DNA from: an uncultured Bacilli bacterium
GTDB lineage: Bacteria; Bacillota_I; Bacilli_A; RF39; UBA660
Length of the DNA: 57,072 nucleotides
Direction: 5' to 3'
Assembly: GCA_947623995.1 (NCBI GenBank)
Contig: CANQIN010000001.1
Span: forward strand, 1 to 57,072
Under the pieces are notes generated by a model, which saw only the letters and a list, made by a program, of their open reading frames with translations, searched no databases and was not told where the DNA came from. Every line of letters starts with the position of its first letter. Positions within the stretch are counted from its first letter, which is position 1. The position numbers and the translations under genes are program-made. Shown here piece after piece: positions 19,084 to 28,193 of this stretch.

Positions 19084-19140
19084 AATTTTAAAGTAAATTA
19101 CCACAATAGTCAATCGAATGTGGCAATTTACTTTAAAATT
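19084..19140 (-). promoter_or_regulatory. abiE operon promoter overlapped by a 22-bp inverted repeat (candidate AbiEi operator)
   Basis: AATTTTAAAGTAAATTACCACA (19084-19105) and its inverted copy TGTGGCAATTTACTTTAAAATT (19119-19140) differ at 1 position and are separated by 13 nt. Minus strand reads TTGACT (19113-19108), 17 nt, TAAAAT (19090-19085). Confidence 0.6.
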
Positions 19141-19236
19141 GTTATACTTTAATCCTAAAAAATTAGAAATTTTTCTAAACTAACATAAACTTTTCTAAAT
19201 ATTAATAGATTTTAATTAAACTATTATAAATTAAAA

Positions 19237-19292
19237 TACACAAAAATGGAGCCATAAAAGGCTCCTTCAGGGGGTTTGTCGATTCACTCTCA
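19237..19292. repeat. Copy B of the terminator-containing repeat module (likely the native recG terminator)
   Basis: acaaaaatggag + GGAGCC-ataaaa-GGCTCC hairpin + ctccttcaggggg + ..gattcac.c.c. On the minus strand the hairpin is followed by ATTTTTG, about 100 nt downstream of the recG stop. Confidence 0.7.
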
Positions 19293-19369
19293 TTTAAAGG
19301 TCGTGATCATGAATCAGCGTAGCGTTTATATCTACGCTATAAACAGATTAATATATTCTAAAGATTTTG

Positions 19370-21355
19370 TCAATTATTAAATTTTAATTCTTCAATAATT
19401 TTTACATAACTTGTCACTTTTAAATATTCTTCACTATCAATCCATTCTTTAACATCATCTAATGCTTTTAATAAGACATCATAATTTTTTCTTAAATCGG
19501 CAATTTTAAACGTCATATCACCACTTTGTCTTTCTCCAAATAAATCGCCTTCACCTCTAAATTCAAAGTCTTTTTCACTAATATAAAAACCATCATTACT
19601 TTCTTCTAAAACCTTTAAACGTTTGACATCTTCATTACATATCAAGTAACAATAACTTTGCATATCATTCCGGCCAACACGGCCTCTTAACTGATGAAGT
19701 GTAGCAAGTCCAAAACGTTCAGCATTAAAAATAATCATCATTGTTGCTAATGGCACATCAACTCCCACTTCAATAACCGTAGTTGAAATTAATATTTTCG
19801 TTTGACCATTTTTAAAGTTATTCATAATTTCATCTTTTTCTTTAGCTTTTAATTTACCATGTAAAACTTCTGTTGGCACTTTACCATGAAAAGCTGAATC
19901 AAACTTTTCTTTTAAACTTAAAACGTTTTCTAAAGGCATATCTTCATTTTCCAATATCATTGGGGCCACAACATAAATTTGATGATTTAATTTTATTTCT
20001 TCTAAAACTTTATATAAAACATCCTTTAATTCACTTTCTTTTTTAACATATGTAATAATATCTTTTCTACCATTTGGTTTTTCTTTAATTATTGAAGTAT
20101 CCATATCACCATAAATAGTTAAAGCATAAGTTCTAGGAATAGGTGTTGCACTCATAAACAAAACATCTGGTTTAACACCTTTTTCTTGTAAAATATTTCT
20201 TTGATTAACTCCAAAACGATGTTGTTCATCAGTAATAACAAAACCTAAATTAGCAAAACTTAAATTTTCATTTAAGATCGCATGAGTTCCAATTAAAATA
20301 TCAACTTCATTATTGCTAACTTTTTTCATGATATCATTTTTATTTTTTTTAGTCATACTCCCAATTAATAATTCAACTTTAAGACCTAATTTTTCTAAAA
20401 GTTTTTTAATCAATTCATAATGTTGGGTTGCCAAAAGTTCTGTTGGAGCCATAAAAGCCCCTTGATAACCAGCTAGAAAATTTGCATAAAGTAAAACTGT
20501 GGCCACAATGGTTTTACCACTTCCAACATCACCTAATAATAACCTATTCATTCTTTTTTTAGAAGTAAAATCATCTAATCCTTCATTAATACTTTTTAAC
20601 TGATCATTTGTTAATTTAAAAGGTAAATTATTTATAAAATCATTTATTAAATTCTTATCAATCTTTTTAACAATCGTTTCTTCATTAACTTTTATTTTCT
20701 TTAAATATTGAACTTTAAATAAGAATAAAAATAATTCTTCATATATTAATCTATTTCTAGCAATATTTAATAATTCTTCATTATTAGGTTGATGAACTAC
20801 CTTCATAGCTTCATCTTTATTAATAAAATGATATTTTTCTAAGTATTTTTGAGGTAAATAATCTTCTAAATCAAGAGCTTCTTTTAAACCTTCTTTAATT
20901 ATTTTTTCTAAAACCGCATTTTTAATATTTTTAATACTATGATATACCGGAATAATTTGTTTTTCTAATAATTCACCAAATTTCAAATTACTCGCGGTGA
21001 ATAAGTTTTTGTGCACATCATATTTACCTGTGGCAATTATTTTTTGCCCAATCTTTAAATTAGGTCTTAAATAAGCTCGATTATAAATAACTAAAGATAT
21101 TAATTTACCATTAGTTATAACTTTCATTCTTAAAACATTTAATTTTTTTTTAATATACGCTACTCGACTAATATCACTTACAATAGCATTAATAACAACT
21201 GTATCATCACTAATTTTATTATCTAAAACTGTAGGAATAAGAATTTGATAACGATAAGGATAATATGTTAATAAGTCATCTAATGTATAAATATTTGCTT
21301 CATAAAATGATAAAAGTGTTTTATCTCCTACTCCTTTTAAATTTTGTAAATTCAT
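19370..21355 (-). CDS. recG: ATP-dependent DNA helicase RecG
   Basis: Wedge-domain N-terminus. Helicase motifs: LLGDVGSGKT, DEQHRFG, SATPIPRT, QLRGRVGR. About 660 aa. Confidence 0.93.
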   Translation of the reverse strand: MNLQNLKGVGDKTLLSFYEANIYTLDDLLTYYPYRYQILIPTVLDNKISDDTVVINAIVSDISRVAYIKKKLNVLRMKVITNGKLISLVIYNRAYLRPNLKIGQKIIATGKYDVHKNLFTASNLKFGELLEKQIIPVYHSIKNIKNAVLEKIIKEGLKEALDLEDYLPQKYLEKYHFINKDEAMKVVHQPNNEELLNIARNRLIYEELFLFLFKVQYLKKIKVNEETIVKKIDKNLINDFINNLPFKLTNDQLKSINEGLDDFTSKKRMNRLLLGDVGSGKTIVATVLLYANFLAGYQGAFMAPTELLATQHYELIKKLLEKLGLKVELLIGSMTKKNKNDIMKKVSNNEVDILIGTHAILNENLSFANLGFVITDEQHRFGVNQRNILQEKGVKPDVLFMSATPIPRTYALTIYGDMDTSIIKEKPNGRKDIITYVKKESELKDVLYKVLEEIKLNHQIYVVAPMILENEDMPLENVLSLKEKFDSAFHGKVPTEVLHGKLKAKEKDEIMNNFKNGQTKILISTTVIEVGVDVPLATMMIIFNAERFGLATLHQLRGRVGRNDMQSYCYLICNEDVKRLKVLEESNDGFYISEKDFEFRGEGDLFGERQSGDMTFKIADLRKNYDVLLKALDDVKEWIDSEEYLKVTSYVKIIEELKFNN

Positions 21356-21750
21356 ATCATCAACCTCAATGTTAAATTTTTAGATTTTATAATGTCTTCA
21401 AAATTAATAAACTCTAAACTATTATCTACTTCTACTCTATTACAAAAAAAGATTCTTCCTTTGCCATCTAAATTACCAATTAAAAAACCAATATTATCTA
21501 CTCTAATTTTATAAACAATATTATCATCTATATAAAATGGTTTAATATTATTTTCTTTAGCATACTTAGCTATTTCATAATAAAGTAAACATAAATTTTC
21601 CGCATTATTACAATCTATTTCCGTATTATTATTTCTAAATAGTAAAAAATAGTCATCAGAAAAAATTGGATACTTACTAGTAAAATTAATTAGCCATTTA
21701 AGATATTCAATATTATCATATAAATATTCTTCTTTTACTACTTCATTCAT
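21352..21750 (-). CDS. Hypothetical protein (4-nt overlap with recG start)
   Basis: 132-aa ORF translationally coupled to recG. No recognised motif. Confidence 0.5.
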   Translation of the reverse strand: MNEVVKEEYLYDNIEYLKWLINFTSKYPIFSDDYFLLFRNNNTEIDCNNAENLCLLYYEIAKYAKENNIKPFYIDDNIVYKIRVDNIGFLIGNLDGKGRIFFCNRVEVDNSLEFINFEDIIKSKNLTLRLMI

Positions 21751-21869
21751 TATAATAACACCTACTAAAAGTATATCATGTAAATTATTTAATTTAAACT
21801 AAATTTATAGGTTTTTGCCCTATACAAAAAATAGACGAAAGACATAACTTACAAATGAGGAGGGTAAAT

Positions 21870-22316
21870 ATGTTATTTGATAATACTGATTTTAATTTTG
21901 ATGTTGGTTTTTTTAAAATTCCTGGTAGTGATTTTAATATTGAAACCAGAACTGATAAATTTTTAACGCCAGAAGAAGGTTTTATGAGAGGAAACTTAGA
22001 AAAAGGAAGTTTTATTCCATATAAACAATATACTTATTTTGAATTAAAAGCTGAAAATGAACAAGAAAGAATGCTTTTAAGATTAATGGCCTTATCATTT
22101 GCTATAAATGATTTAAATTTATATTTAGATTTACATCCAGAAGATATGGAAAACTTTCAATTATTTAAAAAATACGCTAATGAATTAAATAATTTAGAAT
22201 TAGATTATGTTAAAAAATATGGTCCTATTGTAGTTAATGAAACTGACGGTGAAATGTTTAATTGGGTGAAAAATCCTTGGCCATGGGATGATAAAGGAGG
22301 TAGTATGTATGTTTAA
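21870..22316 (+). CDS. cotJB: Spore coat protein CotJB with an N-terminal CotJA-like extension
   Basis: LLRLMALSFAINDLNLYLDLHPED...YVKKYGPI...WVKNPWPWD is the CotJB signature. The N-terminal LTPEEGFMRGNLEKGSFIPYKQY resembles the CotJA C-terminal motif. Start set at the ATG at 21870, after GAGGAGGG. Confidence 0.75.
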   Translation: MLFDNTDFNFDVGFFKIPGSDFNIETRTDKFLTPEEGFMRGNLEKGSFIPYKQYTYFELKAENEQERMLLRLMALSFAINDLNLYLDLHPEDMENFQLFKKYANELNNLELDYVKKYGPIVVNETDGEMFNWVKNPWPWDDKGGSMYV

Positions 22317-22866
22317 ATATGTTAAGCACTTAAATTATCCAATCAATATTAAAAAGAAAGATTTAAAAATGGCTAAATGTTTAATTACACAATTTGGTGG
22401 TTCTAATGGCGAGCTTGCTGCCAGTCTAAGATATTTTTCCCAAAAATTTTCAATGCCTGATGAAAAAGGAAAAGCCTTATTAAATGATATTGCAACTGAA
22501 GAATTAGGTCATTGTGAAATGATTTGTACAATGGTTAGTCAGTTAACTAAAGACGCTACTGTAGCTGAATTAAAAGCTGCGGGATTAGAAAATATTTATG
22601 CTGAACATGGTAAAGGAATTTATCCAACAGATGCTTCAGGTGTACCTTTTACCGCAACTTATTTTGCTGTTACCGGAGATGTCATAGCTGACCTTTATGA
22701 AGATATGGCTGCTGAACAAAAAGCTAGAGCTGTCTATGAAAACTTAATTGACTTAACTAATGATGAAGATGTCTTAGGTGTCTTGTTATTTTTAAGACAA
22801 AGAGAAGTTGTTCACTTTAATCGTTTCAAAGAATTAAAAGATTACTATAAGAAAAAAGGCTATTAG
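22309..22866 (+). CDS. cotJC: Spore coat protein CotJC (manganese-catalase family)
   Basis: KHLNYPINIKKKDLKMAKCLITQFGGSNGELAASLRYFSQ...ELGHCEMI is the typical CotJC/Mn-catalase pattern. Start at the ATG at 22309, 9 nt after AAAGGAGG. 8-nt overlap with cotJB. Confidence 0.88.
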   Translation: MFKYVKHLNYPINIKKKDLKMAKCLITQFGGSNGELAASLRYFSQKFSMPDEKGKALLNDIATEELGHCEMICTMVSQLTKDATVAELKAAGLENIYAEHGKGIYPTDASGVPFTATYFAVTGDVIADLYEDMAAEQKARAVYENLIDLTNDEDVLGVLLFLRQREVVHFNRFKELKDYYKKKGY

Positions 22867-22873
22867 GCCTTTT

Positions 22874-23419
22874 TTATAATTTAAAATCAAAAATATCATT
22901 ATCAGTCATATCTTTACCATCAAAAAATGTTTTAACTTTAACCCCATGAATCTTCGCAATTATATTATTAGGAAATTTGCGAAGATAATTATTTAAAACT
23001 GAAGTATTCTTATTATAATAAGTAATCCCTGCCATTAATTTTTCATTAACTTTTTTTAATTCACTAAATATTTTTTTAAAATTATTTTTTTTCTCTAATT
23101 CTTCATGATCATAATAAATATTTTCTAATAAACTTTCTGCTTCAGTTAACTTTCTTTGCATTTCAAAATTACTAACTTTAGCTTTTTTTAATTCTTTTAA
23201 ATCTTTTACATAATCATTTTTATCTTTTAAAGCATCTTTAATAGCTTTATCAAGTTTTAATAATAAATCATATTTTTCTCTTAAAACTTCATCAACCATT
23301 CCTTCAACATTTTCTATTTTAGTTAAATAAAATTGCATTTTATTATAAATCATAATATGTATTATGGCATAAAGTGCACTAAAAGCTAGAATAATTAAAA
23401 TTAAACCAAATGTTCCCAT
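22874..23419 (-). CDS. lemA: LemA family protein
   Basis: N-terminal TM helix, coiled region, and C-terminal YYNKNTSVLNNYLRKFPNNIIA (LemA signature). Confidence 0.8.
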   Translation of the reverse strand: MGTFGLILIILAFSALYAIIHIMIYNKMQFYLTKIENVEGMVDEVLREKYDLLLKLDKAIKDALKDKNDYVKDLKELKKAKVSNFEMQRKLTEAESLLENIYYDHEELEKKNNFKKIFSELKKVNEKLMAGITYYNKNTSVLNNYLRKFPNNIIAKIHGVKVKTFFDGKDMTDNDIFDFKL

Positions 23420-23480
23420 ATCATTACCTCTATTCTTAAAAAATTATAACATGACTCAAGAAAAAACAAAACTATTAGTT

Positions 23481-24809
23481 TTATTTTTGGTTATCAATTA
23501 TTAATCCTTTATAATATTTCCAAGCTAATATTTTTCTAGCATGAGCATCAATTTCATCTTCAGTTAAACTTTTATTTTCTAAAGCTTCTTTTATATCATT
23601 TATTTGAGATGCATAATCAGTTGTAATTATTAAATCATTCCCGGCTAAGATAGCTTTTACAATCACATCTTTAATACCCGCAACAGCACCCATATCTAAA
23701 TTATCAGAAATTACAACCCCACTAAAGTTTAAATCATCAGTTAACAAATTATTTACTTTTTTAGATAAAGAAGCCGGAGTATCTTCAATACTTTTAACCG
23801 TATTATGACTTATTAAAACTGCTTCAGCACCAGCTTCTATTCCCCTTTTAAAAGGAACAATATCTTTTTCCATTATTTCTTCTAAAGTTCTAGTATCAAT
23901 TGAACTATCTAAATGAGTATCACTATTACTTCCATAACCGGGAAAATGTTTTAAGGTATAAGATACACCTTTATTTTTACTTGCTTCTATTACCGTTTTA
24001 GCAAAAATAGCTGTATCATCAGCATCTAAGCCAATTGACCTATCATACATATAATCTGATGAACTTGTCGCAATATCGACTACAGGCGCTAAATTAAGAT
24101 TAATTCCCAAATTATATAATACTTTACTCTTATTAACCGTATCTTCTTTAATTAAATCAAAACCACCCTCTTTATATAAATCTCTTGGCGATTTAAAAGG
24201 TTCTTTAACTAACTTGTCATTATTACTAATTCTAATTATCTTACCACCTTCTTCATCAACAGCCGTTAAAAGTGGTATTTTACTATTACTCTGTAAATCA
24301 TTAATCATTTTCTTAACTTCATCAGAATCTTTATCTTTAAAATCTTTGGAAAAGAAAACAAATCCCCCAAAATTATATTTCTTTAAATCAGCAATTTGAT
24401 TTTCATCTGGATATCTTACTAATAATATTTGCCCAATTTTTTCATCAAGACTCATAGTACTTAATTTTTTATCAGCTAAATCATAATAATCTTTAAATAA
24501 ATCATTATTTTCTTCTAACTCAACAACCGTATAATTATCTATTACAACATCTTGAATATCTTTATTTTTATTTAACTCTCCAGTATAAGTCAAATTAATT
24601 TCATTACCTACTTCTCCATCAATTTCACTTTTAAAAGTATACATATCATTATTATTATCTTTAATAGTTACTAAATCACTTTCTAAATTAACAATTGTTC
24701 CTTCAATAGTTGAAGATTTTTTTAATTGACTTTTATCTTTCAAAGTAAACATTACTACCCCAAATAAAAATACTAAAAATATACTACATAAAATTATATT
24801 TTTCTTCAT
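23481..24809 (-). CDS. Glycoside hydrolase family 3 N-terminal-domain protein (NagZ-like beta-N-acetylhexosaminidase), membrane-anchored or exported
   Basis: Signal/anchor at the N-terminus. Motifs LSLDEKIGQILLV, AVDEEGG, KHFPGYG, VISDNLDMGA. Confidence 0.85.
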   Translation of the reverse strand: MKKNIILCSIFLVFLFGVVMFTLKDKSQLKKSSTIEGTIVNLESDLVTIKDNNNDMYTFKSEIDGEVGNEINLTYTGELNKNKDIQDVVIDNYTVVELEENNDLFKDYYDLADKKLSTMSLDEKIGQILLVRYPDENQIADLKKYNFGGFVFFSKDFKDKDSDEVKKMINDLQSNSKIPLLTAVDEEGGKIIRISNNDKLVKEPFKSPRDLYKEGGFDLIKEDTVNKSKVLYNLGINLNLAPVVDIATSSSDYMYDRSIGLDADDTAIFAKTVIEASKNKGVSYTLKHFPGYGSNSDTHLDSSIDTRTLEEIMEKDIVPFKRGIEAGAEAVLISHNTVKSIEDTPASLSKKVNNLLTDDLNFSGVVISDNLDMGAVAGIKDVIVKAILAGNDLIITTDYASQINDIKEALENKSLTEDEIDAHARKILAWKYYKGLIIDNQK

Positions 24810-24949
24810 AATCTTTCTCCTATAAATATTATATTATTTTTAAAGTTATTTTATTATAAAATTATTTTATTAATGTCCAATAATGTTAAGTAAAAAAGGC
24901 CCTTTCTTTATTAAAAAAAATATGTTACAATTTTAATAGTAAAGGATGG

Positions 24950-25615
24950 ATGAAAAAAATGGCTAATGAACCAAAAAAGAAAACAAGTAGTACAGCTAAA
25001 AAAACTGCTACTAAAAAGAAAACAACAACTGGAACAACTGCAAAAAAACAAACTACTACTAAAAAGGTAGCACCAAAAAAAGAAGAAACAGTAATTAAAG
25101 AAGAGGAAAAAGTTACAGAACCAAAATTAGACTACAAGATGATTTTAATAATTATTTTAGCATTATTAATAGTTGTTATTGGAATTGCTAAAATTGGTGG
25201 TGTTTTTGAAAATAAGGATTATACTAAAAGTTATTTATTAAATAATAAAGTTATTACTAACGAACTTAAGAAAGAAGATATTAGTAGTACCTTACAAAAT
25301 AAGGAAACATTTATCTTTATAACTTCTCTAAATCAAGATGAAGAATATAATGAAGAAGAATATAATTTAGAAAAAGATTTAAAAAAAGTTATTAAAGATA
25401 ATGATTTAAAAGATAATTTTTATATTTATTTAAAAGATGACAATACTAATCTAAGAGAATTATTTGGTATTGAAGAAAATACTAAAACACCAACTATTCT
25501 ATATTTTAAAAATGGTAGCTTAATAGATAAAGTTGAAAGACTAGATGAAAAAATGATGGAAGCCGGAGATTTTACTAAGTTATTAGATATGTATGAATTA
25601 TCAAAAGAAGAATAA
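24950..25615 (+). CDS. Membrane protein with a Lys/Thr-rich cytoplasmic tail and a thioredoxin-fold-like outer domain (hypothetical)
   Basis: KKTxT-rich N-terminus, one TM helix (MILIIILALLIVVIGIAKIGG), C-terminal TPTILYFKNGSLIDKVE. No CxxC motif. Confidence 0.6.
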   Translation: MKKMANEPKKKTSSTAKKTATKKKTTTGTTAKKQTTTKKVAPKKEETVIKEEEKVTEPKLDYKMILIIILALLIVVIGIAKIGGVFENKDYTKSYLLNNKVITNELKKEDISSTLQNKETFIFITSLNQDEEYNEEEYNLEKDLKKVIKDNDLKDNFYIYLKDDNTNLRELFGIEENTKTPTILYFKNGSLIDKVERLDEKMMEAGDFTKLLDMYELSKEE

Positions 25616-25643
25616 AATCTTCTTTTTTAAAAGGAGTTAAAAA

Positions 25644-26165
25644 ATGTTAAACATTGTTTTATATGAACCAGAGATTCCTACTAATACAGGAAATATTATG
25701 AGAACTTGTGTGGCTACTCACACTACTCTTCATTTAATTGAACCTTTAGGTTTTAAATTAGATGAAAAAAGTATTAAAAGAAGTGGCGTTAATTATATAG
25801 AAAATTGTCATTATATAGTTTATAAAAATTGGGAAGATTTTTTAAGTAAAAATCAAGGTACTTTTTATTTTTATACCAGATATGGTCATAAACCTCATTC
25901 AGATTTTGATTATCAGAATCAAAATGAAAATATTTATCTTGTTTTTGGCAAAGAAAGTACAGGTATTCCAAGAAGTATTTTAAAACCTAATTTAGATAAA
26001 TGTGCAAGAATTCCTATGACAAATCAAGTAAGAGCTTTAAATCTATCTAATTCCGTAGCCATTGTTTTATATGAAGCTTTAAGACAACAAAACTATATTG
26101 ATTTATTAAAAGATGAACCTCATAAAAGCCAAAATTTTATTGAAGAATTTGAAGGTGATGATTAA
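25644..26165 (+). CDS. trmL: tRNA (cytidine/uridine-2'-O-)-methyltransferase TrmL (SpoU/TrmH family)
   Basis: LYEPEIPTNTGNIMRTC...LHLIEPLGF...YLVFGKESTGIP...IPM...RALNLSNSVAIVLYEALRQ. Confidence 0.9.
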   Translation: MLNIVLYEPEIPTNTGNIMRTCVATHTTLHLIEPLGFKLDEKSIKRSGVNYIENCHYIVYKNWEDFLSKNQGTFYFYTRYGHKPHSDFDYQNQNENIYLVFGKESTGIPRSILKPNLDKCARIPMTNQVRALNLSNSVAIVLYEALRQQNYIDLLKDEPHKSQNFIEEFEGDD

Positions 26166-26434
26166 TGCATTGTAAAAAGTGTGGAAAAGCTATTGGAACT
26201 GATCGAGGCATTTGTCCTTTTTGTGGAGCGATGCTTAGTAAAGAACAATATAGCGAATATCAAGAAATTAAAAAAAGTAATAATAAACCAGAATTATTGA
26301 CTGAAAAATATGGGGAGAAACCAATAATTTATGAAAAAAGAAAAGAAGTAAATTCTAAAATGTATTTAATAATTATTGTTTTAGGAATTATTGTTTTAGG
26401 TTTAGTTATTGCTTTAATATTAATAAGTCTATAA
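26165..26434 (+). CDS. Zinc-ribbon membrane protein
   Basis: CKKCGK...(12)...CPFCGA zinc ribbon plus a C-terminal TM helix. Start overlaps the trmL stop (ATGA-type coupling). Confidence 0.6.
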   Translation: MHCKKCGKAIGTDRGICPFCGAMLSKEQYSEYQEIKKSNNKPELLTEKYGEKPIIYEKRKEVNSKMYLIIIVLGIIVLGLVIALILISL

Positions 26435-26448
26435 AGACTTTTTTTATT

Positions 26449-28167
26449 TTAAAAAGCGAGAACGAGACGAAAGCTGAAGGTGCTCGACGCATGACCTTTT
26501 TCGTAATCGAAATAGAACAGACCAGCACCTGTACCATATGTGCAAAAGCCGCCACGAACGACCCATGGAGCGCTCGAAGCGACAAGCCATGCTTCATCGT
26601 TATACCAACTTCCTACATTTCTTGATTGAGTTAAATATTTCATACTTTGAAATGGTCCCATTTCTTTTGTTGCATCTCCTAAGAAACCTCGATTGTATGT
26701 TGCACTACTTGTACTATATTCGTATTTATCAAAGAACCTTTCATCAGTTGGTAAGTCTATTCCTTCCGTTACTTCTAAAATATCAGGATTTACTCCAACA
26801 TCTCCAAGACTACAAGATGAACATACTAATTTTCCATTAAATCCTGAATTAGCAGCATTATTACGTCCAGACGACAAATTTCCTGTTTTTCCATCGCCAG
26901 TTGAATTATCATCTAATCCAGCCATCATATATTCCCATACACCACCTGACATATCATAGATTCCTGTAAAATTACTTGTGGTGCTGGCTACCACACTTGC
27001 TTTATTAAAATAATTAGTATTATACGTTCCATCATCTCCAGGTTTAGTTACTCCTCCATATTCATTACAAGCTTCTGGGGTATTACTGCATAAAACATTT
27101 GTAGATGTATATCCTGTGGTTGGTTCATTAACTGCGGCATAGCCTGTTAAATAATTGGAATTATTATTTATTCTCACACTTTCATGACTTCCATATTTAC
27201 TATGTTGTAAGTATGCTACAGCTCCCCATTCCGTGTTTTTCATCATATGACTATTTAAAGATTCTTCATAATGTAAACCAACCGTGTATGCTTTTGCTAC
27301 TTGAATACTTCGCCATGAATAAACATTTGGCTTTATTATTACTTTATCTGCTGCTTCGATTGAGGCTGCTTCATCTGCTGGATTTACTTGGGCAGCTCCT
27401 GTACTTCCAGCTCCATCATATCCGGTTTCAAATTTACCAACCCAAATACCGTTAGTATCAAATGAGGTAAATGCTGGATGTGTTAACCATTGGCCTACTG
27501 AATTTCCAGTTTGAGCTTCTGCATCTTTTGTTTCAAATATTACATTTATTATTTTTTCTTTATTTGTTTTTGTTGTTAAACCATTATAATTGGCTTCATC
27601 AAATATTTGATATCTGTATCTAGGTATCCATACAAAATAACTTTCAATATCAGCTTCATCTATTGACTCGTTCTCTCCTGGGTCACTTTTTCCTTCTCTT
27701 AAGATTACGGCATTTGCCCATTGTTGGTTTTCATAGTCATACCATTTTTCTTTTTCACTCGCTCTTGTAACTTTACCATTTTCTTCATTTATTACGATTG
27801 GTATTAGCTTACTTCCTAATACTGGATCTGCTCCATTTAATTCTCTATCTATATATTTATTATTAAAATATAAAGTACATTTAGTCTTACTTTTACTTAA
27901 ATTATTTATTAATGGTGCCCATTCTTCTTTATTCCATATTATACTTGCTCCATTATCACATTCACCATCTATATATACTAATCCTTCACTATTTTCTTTA
28001 CTTGGCATTTCTTCTACTTTTTCATTTCCTTTATAAAATGCTATATCTAAATTTTCATTACTTTTTCCATTTATTAATTTTTTTTCATAGTTTGTAAATG
28101 TTAATATATTTAAAACACTTATCAAAATTATAATACTTATTAACAATATACTTAATCTTTTTTTCAT
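26449..28167 (-). CDS. Large exported protein with a C-terminal FGE-sulfatase (SUMF1/formylglycine-generating-enzyme-like) fold domain
   Basis: N-terminal signal/anchor. Motifs W(L)THPAFT, MSGGVWEYM, VVRGG..., and terminal FSFRLVLAF are spaced like the FGE-sulfatase domain. The N-terminal module has the C..G....W......W.......C.LYF pattern. Confidence 0.6.
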   Translation of the reverse strand: MKKRLSILLISIIILISVLNILTFTNYEKKLINGKSNENLDIAFYKGNEKVEEMPSKENSEGLVYIDGECDNGASIIWNKEEWAPLINNLSKSKTKCTLYFNNKYIDRELNGADPVLGSKLIPIVINEENGKVTRASEKEKWYDYENQQWANAVILREGKSDPGENESIDEADIESYFVWIPRYRYQIFDEANYNGLTTKTNKEKIINVIFETKDAEAQTGNSVGQWLTHPAFTSFDTNGIWVGKFETGYDGAGSTGAAQVNPADEAASIEAADKVIIKPNVYSWRSIQVAKAYTVGLHYEESLNSHMMKNTEWGAVAYLQHSKYGSHESVRINNNSNYLTGYAAVNEPTTGYTSTNVLCSNTPEACNEYGGVTKPGDDGTYNTNYFNKASVVASTTSNFTGIYDMSGGVWEYMMAGLDDNSTGDGKTGNLSSGRNNAANSGFNGKLVCSSCSLGDVGVNPDILEVTEGIDLPTDERFFDKYEYSTSSATYNRGFLGDATKEMGPFQSMKYLTQSRNVGSWYNDEAWLVASSAPWVVRGGFCTYGTGAGLFYFDYEKGHASSTFSFRLVLAF

Positions 28168-28193
28168 CTATAATCACTCTATTCTATAGAGTA

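Noticed and set aside
13745-19369. A tyrosine or serine integrase, expected if the tRNA-Asn-adjacent islet were a classical integrative island.
   Set aside because: None of the four ORFs or the intergenic frames shows integrase motifs. I therefore describe the islet as integrase-less and do not call it a mobile element.
24214-28097. Antisense or overlapping ORFs 24214-24399, 25789-25971, 26406-26597, 26538-26840, 26693-26959, 27213-27455 and 27912-28097.
   Set aside because: All are embedded in the GH3, trmL or 572-aa exported-protein genes. The cluster at 26.4-27.5 kb is a by-product of the locally higher GC content, which gives fewer stop codons in off-frames.
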